Shown: piece after piece, positions 62,802-64,000 of the stretch
How the letters are laid out: each line of letters starts with the position of its first letter
Numbering within the stretch: the stretch's first letter is position 1
Source: Amphiscolops sp. MND2022
Taxonomy: Eukaryota
Length of the DNA: 64,000 nucleotides
Reading direction: 5' to 3'
NCBI GenBank assembly: GCA_964187785.1
Contig: OZ076409.1
Location: 83,330,001 to 83,394,000, forward strand
Position numbers and translations under genes: made by a program
Notes under the pieces: generated by a model
Told to the model about the DNA's origin: nothing
Seen by the model: only the letters and a program-made list of their open reading frames with translations
The model's database searches: none

Positions 62802-63069
62802 TGTACTGACCTACATTAATAACCAATAGTATTTAGATGTTTATAGAATGTTCAGGAATGTACATTTATTTGTTATTGAATGATTGTAAATCTCTACACC
62901 TTCAGAGAGAGAAAACTAATAATCAGTATTCAGTTGACTTCCTTTTTGTTCTACTCCTAACACCTCGGAATAGTTATAATAAAGTAAGCTAGCTAGCCTG
63001 TCTCTCAGCCGCTTTTAGTAGTTGCGTATAAGACCATAAAAACAATAACCAACCATTAAAAGCAGCACA
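62802..63069 (+). repeat. 3' LTR (268 bp) with AATAAA at 62978-62983
   Basis: Direct repeat of 44584-44850, ending GCAGCACA and followed by the TTAT TSD. Confidence 0.97.
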
Positions 63070-64000
63070 TTATATTAGAGCATCTAGATTTTATATTATC
63101 GGAATGCCTTATTTGCATCATGAGCATTGTTTGATGTTATTGTAAAGCTTTCGCTTAGAACATTACAGCCCTGCGTGGTGCCATTGCCTCTAAGAGAGCA
63201 ATGTCCTCCATTCTCAGCAGTCTCCTGACTAGTTGAAATGAGCTGGAGAAGAAATGAAACCGATAGTTGAATTTTGCTAGAATTTTCAGGGTTTTTATAA
63301 TTTCCAATGTGACATTGCACTGGTAGTTTTGCAGTATTTTTACTGTTTTTCTCCATCACAGTAACTGACAACAGGTTCGGGTTAGAACCGTTAGAAAGCC
63401 CTTGAAATGTATTTTCAATTGGAATTGTGTTCATATTCCTATCATCGTTAGCTGAAGAGTTCTCGGAGTTTTTGTCCGGAGTTTCAAAGCTGGAATACGT
63501 TGTAGTAATTTCTGGGGTAAAATTGCATGTAAAGTCTTCTTGCTCAAAATTAACAATTTGGACCCTTTTGCTGGGATCCAGGGACAGTTTGTGCATTGTA
63601 AACGGCAACTGTGGCTGTTGTTGCTGACTTTTGAAATTTTGGTCGAAATAACGCATCACATTTTTTGTAAGAATTTCTTACCAAAAAAATGCATTTTTTG
63701 CAAAAATGTTATCAGAATCTTGTAAGAAATGTTCGACATTGTAACAAATTTGCAAAGTTTGCGATTCTTGTGCAAACTTGTAAGATTCTTATAAGAAATG
63801 CAAAGTTGACGAGAATTTCGGAAGAATTTTGCAAGATTTGTGATTCTTGTAACCTAGGGTAAACGCATACTTTGCTCGGGTACTTTTAAAAAAAACTGAA
63901 CTACAACACAACTACACAAAAAAAACGATTTTCTATCTACTACAAAAACCTCCAAAAATTGTAACTAATTGCAATAAAAAGCCGATAGTTGCCAGCAAAG

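Larger units (their letters stand above)
44584..63069 (+). mobile_element. Giant (18,486 bp) env-bearing Ty3/gypsy LTR retroelement / endogenous retrovirus-like provirus
   Basis: LTRs at 44584-44850 and 62802-63069, TG...CA termini, TSD TTAT (44580-44583 and 63070-63073), PBS-like and PPT-like sites, PR-RT-RH-IN order, env and extra ORFs. Confidence 0.96.
44359..63859. mobile_element. ~1-kb TA-flanked TIR element split by the 18.5-kb provirus
   Basis: Left end TA|CCATAAGTTACAAAAATCACATTTCTGGCAAAATTCTT is an imperfect reverse complement of the right end AAGAATTTTGCAAGATTTGTGATTCTTGTAACCTAGGG|TA. Confidence 0.75.

Noticed and set aside
63096..63659. 187-aa minus-strand ORF as a host gene or provirus gene
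   Set aside because: It lies outside the 3' LTR within the TIR element, is low-complexity and shows no recognisable domain.

Overview
Eukaryotic, probably invertebrate, AT-rich scaffold DNA made almost entirely of nested transposable elements. It has two 200-N gaps and no recognisable host gene. The main feature is a complete 18.5-kb Ty3/gypsy-type provirus (44584-63069). It has ~97%-identical TG...CA LTRs, a 4-bp TTAT target-site duplication and a single 2354-aa gag-pol frame. It also carries an env-like gene whose motif pattern matches class III (chuvirus G / herpes gB-type) fusogens, at least three accessory ORFs and two small upstream ORFs, so its layout resembles a complex retrovirus. 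It is inserted into a ~1-kb TA-flanked TIR element. The window also holds a ~9.5-kb decayed BEL/Pao element (30652-40203) with an SGNH-fold-like extra ORF, repeated hairpins and tRNA-like boxes in its LTRs. Other content: decayed and duplicated gypsy pol fragments, two divergent copies of an unidentified zinc-finger gene (one with introns), LTR-like units, Merlin-type MITEs, a tRNA-derived SINE head, a 99-bp/50-bp satellite and a possible PIF1-like helicase relic. All family assignments come from motif recognition by eye; no database search was run.
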